This document shows, piece after piece, positions 23,381 to 32,000 of a stretch of DNA of 32,000 bases (position 1 is the stretch's first letter; each line of letters begins with the position of its first letter). The position numbers were made by a program, and so were the translations under genes. The stretch comes from Haloferax volcanii DS2 (GTDB lineage: Archaea > Halobacteriota > Halobacteria > Halobacteriales > Haloferacaceae): positions 780,001 to 812,000 of the forward strand of contig NC_013967.1 of assembly GCF_000025685.1 (NCBI RefSeq), read 5' to 3'. The notes under the pieces were generated by a model, which worked only from the letters and a program-made list of their open reading frames with translations, had not been told where the DNA came from and ran no database searches.

Positions 23381-25137
23381 GCTGAGACCTCCTCTGCGTC
23401 GAGGGTGGCTTTGATTTCGTCTGCGAGTTCGTCCGCCTTGAAGCGGACGCCGTCGTATTTGTTAATGCGCTTGACACGGGTCAATGTGTCGTGCTCGACG
23501 ACGTTGGCGAACTGCCCCGTCGCGTTACACTCGACGACGATGACCTCGTCGGCCGCCTCGATTTCCTCGGTGAGGTCCGGCCGCGGGAACATGTACGGGA
23601 CCGACAGGAAGCGCACGTCGATGCCGTCCTCTTCGAGGAAGTCGAGCGCTTCGACGAGCGCGCCCTCGTTGGAGCCCCACGAGAGGATGAGCGTGTCCGA
23701 ATCGGCGTCACCGAACTCGCGCGGCGAGAAGTCCTCGGTCTGCTTTGCGGTCTCGACCTTCCGGTCGCGCTTGTCGACCTGCTCGACGCGCATCGACCGG
23801 TCTTCGGTCCGTCGACCGAGTTCGTCGTGTTCGAGGCCGGTCGACATGTGCGCGCCCTGCTCCGTGCCGGGGAACGCGCGCGGGCTGACGCCGTCGTCGG
23901 TGAGCGCGTGCGGCTGGAAGCGACCTTCCTCGTCGAGCCACTCGTCGATGGAGTCGTCGTCGACGACCTTGCCGCGGTCGATTTCGACTTCGTCCATGTC
24001 GAACGTCTCGGGGGAGAACGTCTGTTCCGTGACCGCCATCGCCAGGTCGGCGGCGACGTACACCGGGACCTGGTACTTCTCGGCGAAGTTGAACGCTTCG
24101 ACGGTCTTCCAGAAGCACTCGTCGATGCTCGTCGGCGCGACGACGAAGCGCGGAATCTCGCCGTGGCCGCCGTACAGCATCATGTTGAGGTCGCCCTGTT
24201 CCTGCTTTGTCGGCATCCCCGTCGAGGGGCCCGAGCGCATCACGTCGACGATGACGAGCGGCGTCTCGGAGGTGGCGACGAGACCGAACGTCTCGGTCAT
24301 CAGGTCGATACCCGGACCGGACGTGGCGGTCATCGACCGCGCGCCGGCGCGCGCCGCGCCGAGCGCGAGGTTGATAGCCGCGAGTTCGTCTTCCGCCTGC
24401 ACGACGTGGCCGCCGTAGCGTTCGATGCGGCCGGTGAGGTACTCCATCACGTCGGTCGCGGGCGTGATGGGGTAGCCGGCGTAGAAGCGACAGCCGGCGG
24501 CGATGGCGCCCATGCCGATGGCCTGGTCGCCGTTGATGAGCACGTAGTCCTCGTCGGTCGTCTCGAGGTCGTAGTCGAACTCGTGGTCGTACTCGTCGTG
24601 GACGTATTCGAGGCCCGCGCGGGCCGCCTTCTTGTTGTTCTCGACGATGGCCTCGCCCTTCCCGCCGAAGCGCTTCTGGAGCGCGCTGTCGAGGTTCTCG
24701 ATGGGGAAGTCCGCGACGGCGCACGCCGCGCCGAGCGCGACGACGTTGCGCATGATTGCGCCGCCCGCCTCCTCGGCGAGCGCTTTGAGGGGGATGTCCA
24801 GCCCGACCATTCCCTCGGGGATTTCGACGTCCGCCATGGTGGAGCGGTCGCCGTCGTAGATGATGACGGAGCCCTCGTGCAGTTCGTCGAGGTTCTCGTC
24901 GATTGTTCGTTGTGTGAGCGCGATGAGCACGTCGAGTCTGTCGACGACGCTCTGCACGGGGTCGATGGCAGTCCGAACCTTGTACGCGGTGTATCCGCCC
25001 CGGATTCGCGAAGCGAAATCCTTAGACGTGAACACGTGGCGTCCGGCCCGGGAGAGTGCCTGAGCGAAAATCTTCCCCGTGGAGTCGATGCCATCGCCAG
25101 CCTCGCCGCCGATGGCCCAGTTGAAGTCCGCAGGCAT
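23377..25137 (-). CDS. korA: 2-oxoacid:ferredoxin oxidoreductase alpha subunit, probably 2-oxoglutarate-specific
   Basis: 586 aa. MPADFNWAIGGEAGDGIDSTGKIF.. begins a gamma-like domain fused to the alpha domain (..GYPITPATD..). The kor versus por assignment rests only on subunit sizes as I recall them from haloarchaea. Confidence 0.85.
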   Translation of the reverse strand: MPADFNWAIGGEAGDGIDSTGKIFAQALSRAGRHVFTSKDFASRIRGGYTAYKVRTAIDPVQSVVDRLDVLIALTQRTIDENLDELHEGSVIIYDGDRSTMADVEIPEGMVGLDIPLKALAEEAGGAIMRNVVALGAACAVADFPIENLDSALQKRFGGKGEAIVENNKKAARAGLEYVHDEYDHEFDYDLETTDEDYVLINGDQAIGMGAIAAGCRFYAGYPITPATDVMEYLTGRIERYGGHVVQAEDELAAINLALGAARAGARSMTATSGPGIDLMTETFGLVATSETPLVIVDVMRSGPSTGMPTKQEQGDLNMMLYGGHGEIPRFVVAPTSIDECFWKTVEAFNFAEKYQVPVYVAADLAMAVTEQTFSPETFDMDEVEIDRGKVVDDDSIDEWLDEEGRFQPHALTDDGVSPRAFPGTEQGAHMSTGLEHDELGRRTEDRSMRVEQVDKRDRKVETAKQTEDFSPREFGDADSDTLILSWGSNEGALVEALDFLEEDGIDVRFLSVPYMFPRPDLTEEIEAADEVIVVECNATGQFANVVEHDTLTRVKRINKYDGVRFKADELADEIKATLDAEEVSA

Positions 25138-25443
25138 GCTGGGTGAAATCTACCCATAGCCGGGTCAAAAGCCTTCTGAAAATTGGTGTTAAACGATGGT
25201 ACTGATAATAAATGAAAATTTGACGGGTGGGTTCTGTGAGTGCCTAAAATAGGTCGATCTGCGGACTAATATGCGAATTGTGGGAATAGATCCGACCAAA
25301 TGTCTAATTGCGGTGTGTTTCACCATCTCGTGGCAATTATCTCCGGTTCACACTATGTACACGGTCGGCACGGTTCGAGCCTGACTCCGGCGCGCACGTC
25401 CGGGAAGGCAAGGCCCTTGTGAGCCTGCGACCAACCCGGTCGC

Positions 25444-26088
25444 ATGGACGCAATCGTCACCGTCGCCGCGGCCCGCGACATCGGTCCCGGAACGGTCGCC
25501 ATCGAGTTCGAGACGCCCGACGGCTTCGAGGCCGAGCCGGGCCAGTTCGTCAAGCTCTCCGCCGAGGTCGACGGCGAGTCGTACGCGCGGTTCTACACGC
25601 TCTCGTCGCCCGGCGTCGGCGACACGTTCGAAGTGACCGTCGGCATCGACCCCGAGGAGGCAGGGCCGTTCAGCCAGCACCTCGACTCGCTCGCCGCCGG
25701 CGACGACGTCGAGATTTCCGGGCCGTTCGGGCAGAGCTACTACGACGGCGAGTCGCGCGTGGTCGTCTTCGCGGGCGGCCCCGGCGTCGGCCCCGCGGTC
25801 GGCATCGCCGAGGCCGCGGTCGCCGACGGCAACGAGGCCGCCGTGGTCTATCTCGACGACGCGCCCGCCCACGAGGAACGGCTCTCCGCGCTCCGCGACG
25901 ACGGTGCGAGCGTCGTCGTCACCGGCGACGAGTCCGACCTCGCAGACGCCGTTGCCGACGCGCTCACCGGCGACGAGGGCGAACAGCTGTTCGTCTACGG
26001 CTTCGCTGACTTCGTCTCGCGCGCGACCGACGCCGTCGAGGCCGCCGGCGGCGACGCCGACGCCGCGAAGGTCGAGAACTTCGGGTAA
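25444..26088 (+). CDS. FNR-like FAD/NAD(P)-binding oxidoreductase (minimal ferredoxin-reductase fold)
   Basis: 214 aa. The RFYTLSS (RxYS/T) FAD motif follows GQFVKL, and FAGGPGVGP is the GGxGxxP nucleotide-binding motif. Confidence 0.75.
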   Translation: MDAIVTVAAARDIGPGTVAIEFETPDGFEAEPGQFVKLSAEVDGESYARFYTLSSPGVGDTFEVTVGIDPEEAGPFSQHLDSLAAGDDVEISGPFGQSYYDGESRVVVFAGGPGVGPAVGIAEAAVADGNEAAVVYLDDAPAHEERLSALRDDGASVVVTGDESDLADAVADALTGDEGEQLFVYGFADFVSRATDAVEAAGGDADAAKVENFG

Positions 26089-26140
26089 CCGCTTCGCGCG
26101 CGCTGCCTGCGCCGTCCGCGGGCTCGCGCCGCCCGGAACA

Positions 26141-26962
26141 CTATTCTACCGGCCGCCACGCCGTCAGCACCGCGACCGCGAGCGCGACGACGACCCAGCC
26201 GACGAGCCCCGCGAGCGCCGCGGCCGGCGACCCGCCCCCGCCGGTCTCGATGGCGACGCCGAGGACGAGCGACCGAAACGCGCCGTTCGGGCTCGCCGCG
26301 AGCACGAGCGGGACCGCGTCGATGCCGAGGTTCCCCGAGGCCAGTCCGGCGACGGCGGCGGCGTCGACGCCGACGACGAAGGCGACGAGCAGGCCGACGG
26401 CGAGCGCGATTGCCTGCCGAGCGGTCCGCGCGGCGGCGGAGACGGCGAGCGCGACGGCCGCGACCGCGAGGGCGAACAGGACCGCGAGGACCGAAAACCG
26501 GAGGAACGCGACCGGCGAGTCGGCGGCCTCGTTCAGCGCGAGGAACGTCGGGTCCGGCGGCGAGAGGACGGGGACGGTCGCGCCCGCGGCGAGCAACGAC
26601 CCGAAGACGACGAACACGAGCGCGAGCCCCCGGCCGAGGTAGACGCCGCCGACGTAGGCCGGGCGAGACACGTCGAACGTCCTTAGCACGTCGAGTTCGC
26701 CCGACTCGCGGTCCGAGAGCACCGCCCGGTAACAGAGCGCGACGGCGAGAAGCGGAACGAGCGCCTCCACGAACGGGACCAAATCCAGCACCAGCGGGAC
26801 GTAGCCGCCGCGCGCGCCCGACCCCGCGGCCGCGACCGCGACGACCGTCAGCCCGAAGACGACCGACGGCGCGACGACAGCCGGAGTCCTGACGACCGTA
26901 CGGAGCTCCCGGGCCGCGATGGCGAACAGGTCGCTGACGCCGCCGGAGCCGGCGTCGCTCAT
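26141..26962 (-). CDS. ABC-2 type permease, NosY-like
   Basis: 273 aa with about 6 hydrophobic helices. Its start overlaps the stop of the ATPase gene (ATGA at 26959-26962). Confidence 0.7.
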   Translation of the reverse strand: MSDAGSGGVSDLFAIAARELRTVVRTPAVVAPSVVFGLTVVAVAAAGSGARGGYVPLVLDLVPFVEALVPLLAVALCYRAVLSDRESGELDVLRTFDVSRPAYVGGVYLGRGLALVFVVFGSLLAAGATVPVLSPPDPTFLALNEAADSPVAFLRFSVLAVLFALAVAAVALAVSAAARTARQAIALAVGLLVAFVVGVDAAAVAGLASGNLGIDAVPLVLAASPNGAFRSLVLGVAIETGGGGSPAAALAGLVGWVVVALAVAVLTAWRPVE

Positions 26963-27810
26963 CTCCCCGTCACCTCCTCGGTCGCCACGAGGTCGCCGAA
27001 GGCGGTCTGGAGGTCGGCCGCGCCGACGGATTCGACCACCGCCCGCGGGTCGCCGTCGGCGACGAACCGGCCGCCGTCGAGGACGACCACCCGGTCGGCG
27101 GTCCGCTCGACGGGACCTAGGTTGTGCGACGAGAGGACGACCGCGACGCCCGCGTCGGCGAGGTCGGAGACGATGTCGAACAGTCGCTCGACCATGCCGG
27201 GGTCGAGGCCGCTTGCCGGCTCGTCGAGGACGACCACGGCCGGGTCCCCGACGAGCGCCCGCCCGAGACCGAGGAGGCGCGTCATCCCGCCGGAGAGCGC
27301 GCCCACCCGGCGGTCCGCGGCGTCCACGAGGCCGACGCGCTCCAGCACGCCGGCCACGTCCACGTCCTCGTCCACGAACTGCGCGTAGAAGTCGAGCGTG
27401 TCGGCCGCGGAGAAGCCGGCGCGGAAGCCGGGCTGTTGCGGGAGGTAGCCCACGCGGGCCCGGCCGCCGCCGCTCTCTGCCGAGCCCACCGTGACGGTCC
27501 CCTCGTCGGGCGCGCGGACTCGCGCGAGAAACCGCAGGAGCGTGGACTTCCCCGAGCCGTTGGGGCCGACGAGCGCGACGACTTCGCCGGGCGCGACCGA
27601 CAGCGAGACGCCGTCGAGGACGCCCACGTCTCCGAAGGCGTGACTGAGGTCGGTCGCGGCGATAGCCGGCCCGTTCGAGGCCGAGACGGCTGCTTCGCCC
27701 GTCGATTCGTCGGAGTCTGTCTCGGCAGTCTCGGCGGTCGCCGCGGGGTCGGGACTCGGCATCGTGGTGGGGTCGTCAGTCGTCGGGGGTGTCTGGTCGC
27801 GGTCAGTCAT
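26959..27810 (-). CDS. ABC transporter ATP-binding protein, NosF-like, with an acidic T/P/D-rich N-terminal extension of about 50 aa
   Basis: 283 aa. Walker A GPNGSGKST, signature LSGGM, Walker B VVVLDEP. Its start overlaps the stop of the NosD-like gene (ATGACTGA, 27803-27810). Confidence 0.85.
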   Translation of the reverse strand: MTDRDQTPPTTDDPTTMPSPDPAATAETAETDSDESTGEAAVSASNGPAIAATDLSHAFGDVGVLDGVSLSVAPGEVVALVGPNGSGKSTLLRFLARVRAPDEGTVTVGSAESGGGRARVGYLPQQPGFRAGFSAADTLDFYAQFVDEDVDVAGVLERVGLVDAADRRVGALSGGMTRLLGLGRALVGDPAVVVLDEPASGLDPGMVERLFDIVSDLADAGVAVVLSSHNLGPVERTADRVVVLDGGRFVADGDPRAVVESVGAADLQTAFGDLVATEEVTGR

Positions 27811-29728
27811 CAGTCTCCTCCGTCGCGTTCAGGGCGGCGAGCGTCTCCGGTCGAACCGGCTCGGTTCGGGGCGCGGCGTCGACTACGCCGGACCCGCGGA
27901 GGCCGGACACCGCGTCGCGGGCGCGGCGGAGCGCGCGCATCGCGGGGGACTCCGAGAGCGCGAGCGCGCCGGGTTCGCGGCCGAGTTCGGCGTCAACCGG
28001 CCCGGAGGGCTGGTACGCCCGGTCGTAGACCCCGTCGGCGTCGGCGTCTTCGAGCGGGAGGTCGCCCCAGTAGTTGCCCTCGCCGCCGGCGGTCCACGTC
28101 CGCATCGGGCCGAGCGACGACTCGACGCGCACGTCGTTGTCGACGATGTCGTTTCGGACGACGACGTTCGTCGGGAACGTCGAACTCCCGCGGACGCCGA
28201 CGCCGTTGCCGGCGACGACGTTTCCGACGTACACCTGCCGGTCGCCGCTCACGTCCATGCCGTAGTCGTTGCCGGCGAAGACGTTGTCCGCGACGTAGGT
28301 GTCGCTCCCGGCGGGCATGAACCCGAAGTCGGACTCGCGCACGTCGTTTCCGACCACGAGGTTGCCGACGGGCCGCGTCATGAGGACGACGCCGATGCGG
28401 TCCCCGCGGACGACGTTGTCGGCGACGAGCGCCTCGGAGGTGTACATCTGGTGGACGCCGTAGCGACCGTCTTCCATGCGGTTGTCGCGGACGACGCTCC
28501 CGTCGGCGCGGTGGGTGTAGACGCCGTCGCGGCCGTCGATGAACGTCGAGTCCTGCACGACCGCCCGCTCGCCGATGAGGACGACGCCCATGAAGCCGTC
28601 GGAGGGTTCGTCGGCCCCGCGGACGGTCACGCCGTCGACGACGCTGTCGGCGCTCTCGCGGGCGATGATGCCGCTCGCGGGCGTGTCGATTTCGACGCCG
28701 CGGACCGCCGACTCGTTCGCGCCGTCGAGGACGACGCCGGCGTCGCCGCGGCCGTAGGCGAGTTCGACGCGCGTGTCCCAGTCCACGGATTCGTTGGTGG
28801 CGCGGACTCGTCGCGTCCCCACCCCGCCGACGCCGGCGATTGCGAGGTTCCCGACGGCGCTCCGGTCGGCGCGGAGGTGGACGACGCTGCCGTTGCCGTC
28901 GCCGACGAGTCGGGTGTCGCGTCCGGCACCGCGGAGCGTCACCGAGCGGTTCAGGTCGACCGCGTCGACCGAGTAGGTGCCCGCGGGGACGTAGACGGTC
29001 GTGTTCGCGGGGGCCGCCGTGACCGCCGCCTCGACGGTCGGCGCGTCCTCGCCGACGACGGTCGAGACGGGTCTGTCGAACAGCGCATCACTCGCAGCGG
29101 TGGTCCCGTTCGCCCACTCGTGGTGGGCGGCGACCGACGACTCGAAGGCGGCGAGGCGGGACGAAAGCGGGTCGCCGGCGCGGTCGCGGAGCGTCGCCCA
29201 ATCGACGACCTCGCCGCCGTGGGCGTCCGCGAACGAGCGCGCCGCGGCGGCGTCGGAAAACGGGACCGCAATCGGGCCGGAGGGGACCCGCGCGCCCGAG
29301 TCGACGACGAACGACGCCTCGGACGCCTTCGTCCAGCCGGGGTTGCGGTTGTGTTCGGTTCGGAGGTAGCCGTCGCCGTCGAGGTCGGGCGAGACGGTCG
29401 CGTAGTCGGTGACGAACACCGCGAGCGGGTCACCGAACTGACGGGCGCTCTCGGGCGTGGACACGTCGGCGGCGGCGGTTCGCACGTCGTAGTAGCCGAT
29501 GACGTAGCGGTACCGCGAGAAGTGGACCTGCGCGAGCGGGACTTCGAACCCCTCGACCTCGGCCGTGCGAACGTCGACCGACGTGCCGCCGGTCTTGACC
29601 GTGTCGTCGAAGGCGACCGGCGAGACGGACCCGGAGGCGGGGACGACGAAGGAGACGCTCGCGAGGACGAAGACGAGCGCCGTCGCGGCGGCGACCCAGC
29701 GGGTCGTCTCGGGCGTGAGAAGCGCCAT
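27803..29728 (-). CDS. Exported NosD-like parallel beta-helix protein with an N-terminal extension of about 230 aa containing a NosL-like segment
   Basis: 641 aa. It has an N-terminal TM/signal segment (WVAAATALVFVLASVSFVV). The C-terminal part of about 400 aa contains tandem beta-helix repeats (VVRDNRMEDGRYGVH, LVADNVVRGDRIGVVL, LVVGNDVRESDFGFM, YVADNVFAGNDYGMDV, VYVGNVVAGNGVGVRG, VVVRNDIVDNDVRVE). The N-terminal segment ..IAVPFSDAAAARSFADAHGGEVVDWATL.. recalls the NosL C-terminal signature. Confidence 0.75.
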   Translation of the reverse strand: MALLTPETTRWVAAATALVFVLASVSFVVPASGSVSPVAFDDTVKTGGTSVDVRTAEVEGFEVPLAQVHFSRYRYVIGYYDVRTAAADVSTPESARQFGDPLAVFVTDYATVSPDLDGDGYLRTEHNRNPGWTKASEASFVVDSGARVPSGPIAVPFSDAAAARSFADAHGGEVVDWATLRDRAGDPLSSRLAAFESSVAAHHEWANGTTAASDALFDRPVSTVVGEDAPTVEAAVTAAPANTTVYVPAGTYSVDAVDLNRSVTLRGAGRDTRLVGDGNGSVVHLRADRSAVGNLAIAGVGGVGTRRVRATNESVDWDTRVELAYGRGDAGVVLDGANESAVRGVEIDTPASGIIARESADSVVDGVTVRGADEPSDGFMGVVLIGERAVVQDSTFIDGRDGVYTHRADGSVVRDNRMEDGRYGVHQMYTSEALVADNVVRGDRIGVVLMTRPVGNLVVGNDVRESDFGFMPAGSDTYVADNVFAGNDYGMDVSGDRQVYVGNVVAGNGVGVRGSSTFPTNVVVRNDIVDNDVRVESSLGPMRTWTAGGEGNYWGDLPLEDADADGVYDRAYQPSGPVDAELGREPGALALSESPAMRALRRARDAVSGLRGSGVVDAAPRTEPVRPETLAALNATEETDD

Positions 29729-29752
29729 CGGTCAGCGCCCGACTCCGACGGG

Positions 29753-29758
29753 CTTAGG
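29753..29758 (-). promoter_or_regulatory. Weak TATA-like CCTAAG for the nosD-like operon
   Basis: The minus-strand CCTAAG ends 24 nt before the ATG (29728), the same phasing seen at the other promoters. Confidence 0.3.
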
Positions 29759-29917
29759 GACTGCGGCGGGTCGAGCCGCCGCGTCGGGGAATCCCGCATC
29801 TGTCGCGCAACCGTGCATAACCGGTGCTAAGCGGTCCGGGGGTGATATGTGCGATGGTCTGTGCGTCGAAGCCCCGGGGTCGAGAGCGAACCGCTTTCAG
29901 GGCCGACTTCGACCCGA

Positions 29918-29926
29918 ATCCTTAAT
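29918..29926 (+). promoter_or_regulatory. TATA element ATCCTTAAT for the methylmalonyl-CoA mutase gene
   Basis: Ends 24 nt before the ATG at 29951. It is identical in sequence and spacing to 15510-15518. This supports ATG 29951 over the TTG at 29942. Confidence 0.5.
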
Positions 29927-29950
29927 CATCATCCATACTGATTGGTGGAC

Positions 29951-31651
<1,701 letters not shown>

Positions 31652-31837
31652 GGGTCGTCGACGCGGCCACCTCCCCCCGAAACGTCGGGGATGACATGAC
31701 CGTTCGCTGACTGGAACGCGCGCCGGCGACGCGCGTAACCGACCGACAGCCCGGCGACCGCCCGTGCCGAAGTTCCCCACGCGGACGACTGGACTACATA
31801 GATTTATCATGGAGGATTGGTGTAATTAGCACGTACT

Positions 31838-32000
31838 ATGGCAGACGGTGACACCGAACTGGAGGCACGGCTGGTCGAGCAGGAGGAGTTCGAACCCTCC
31901 GAGGAGTTCGTCGCGCAGGCGAACGTCTCCGACCCGGCCGTCTACGACGAGTTCGAGGAGAACTGGCCCGACTGCTGGGAGCGGGCCGCCGAGATGCTCG
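31838..32000 (+). CDS. acs: Acetyl-CoA synthetase (AMP-forming), N-terminal 54 codons; continues past the right edge
   Basis: Hand translation: MADGDTELEARLVEQEEFEPSEEFVAQANVSDPAVYDEFEENWPDCWERAAEML. This is the typical haloarchaeal Acs N-terminus as I recall it. It has no stop in the window, so it is absent from the track. Confidence 0.65.
   Translation, partial: MADGDTELEARLVEQEEFEPSEEFVAQANVSDPAVYDEFEENWPDCWERAAEML

Noticed and set aside
25355-25390. GGTTCGAGCC, reminiscent of a tRNA T-loop, in the kor/FNR-like spacer
   Set aside because: No complementary T-stem, acceptor stem or anticodon arm could be built around it.
27764-29830. 688-aa plus-strand ORF; similar long shadow ORFs occur at 23491-25146 (+), 17726-19375 (-), 12432-13619 (-), 8055-9458 (+), 9727-11154 (+) and 20836-21900 (+)
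   Set aside because: All are antisense to confidently identified genes (nosD-like, korA, COG1340/sppA, aCPSF1, gltB, proS, aldo/keto reductase). All have Arg/Gly/Val-rich, low-complexity translations without motifs.
31669-31736. Two GC hairpins after the mcm stop (CCCCGA-aacg-TCGGGG and ACGCGCG-ccggcga-CGCGCGT), considered as terminators
   Set aside because: Neither is followed by an oligo-T tract, which is the main archaeal termination signal. They are plausible RNA structures but not supportable as terminators from the sequence alone.

Overview
This is a GC-rich haloarchaeal chromosomal segment (class Halobacteria). The products are strongly acidic, and the gene content plus an intron-containing tRNA-Gln(UUG) look Haloferax-like; that attribution is from memory and is unverified. 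About 30 kb is tightly packed core metabolism and information-processing genes. In order these are: FkbM methyltransferase, AlaX, an HD hydrolase, an NAD epimerase, a 1511-aa glutamate synthase, ProRS, aCPSF1/FttA, a DUF1628 pilin-like protein, methylglyoxal synthase, a small secreted protein, endonuclease III, DUF371, a COG1340 coiled-coil protein, SppA, DUF373, an aldo/keto reductase, a CPxCG zinc-finger miniprotein, korAB 2-oxoacid:ferredoxin oxidoreductase, an FNR-like flavoprotein, a nosDFY-like ABC operon, the methylmalonyl-CoA mutase large subunit, and the start of acetyl-CoA synthetase. The only clearly accessory DNA is the lower-GC left edge (1-1165). It holds the 5' part of an IS transposase that runs off the window and an HNH endonuclease gene broken by one in-frame TAA, and it abuts the 5' side of the tRNA-Gln. 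I saw no CRISPR array, rRNA gene or recognisable defence operon, and I cannot point to a convincing wholly new system. The items most worth follow-up are: (1) an orphan nosDFY-like operon whose NosD protein carries an N-terminal degenerate NosL-like module; (2) a conserved gene whose reading frame switches by -1 near 11620; (3) the tRNA-Gln intron with a textbook bulge-helix-bulge motif next to foreign DNA; (4) a leaderless 5-codon mini-ORF whose stop overlaps the GTG start of sppA; (5) an identical 16-mer promoter core in front of two unrelated genes; (6) a 306-bp AT-rich divergent control region between korAB and an FNR-like reductase. The many long, Arg/Gly/Val-rich ORFs in the track are antisense shadows typical of high-GC DNA.
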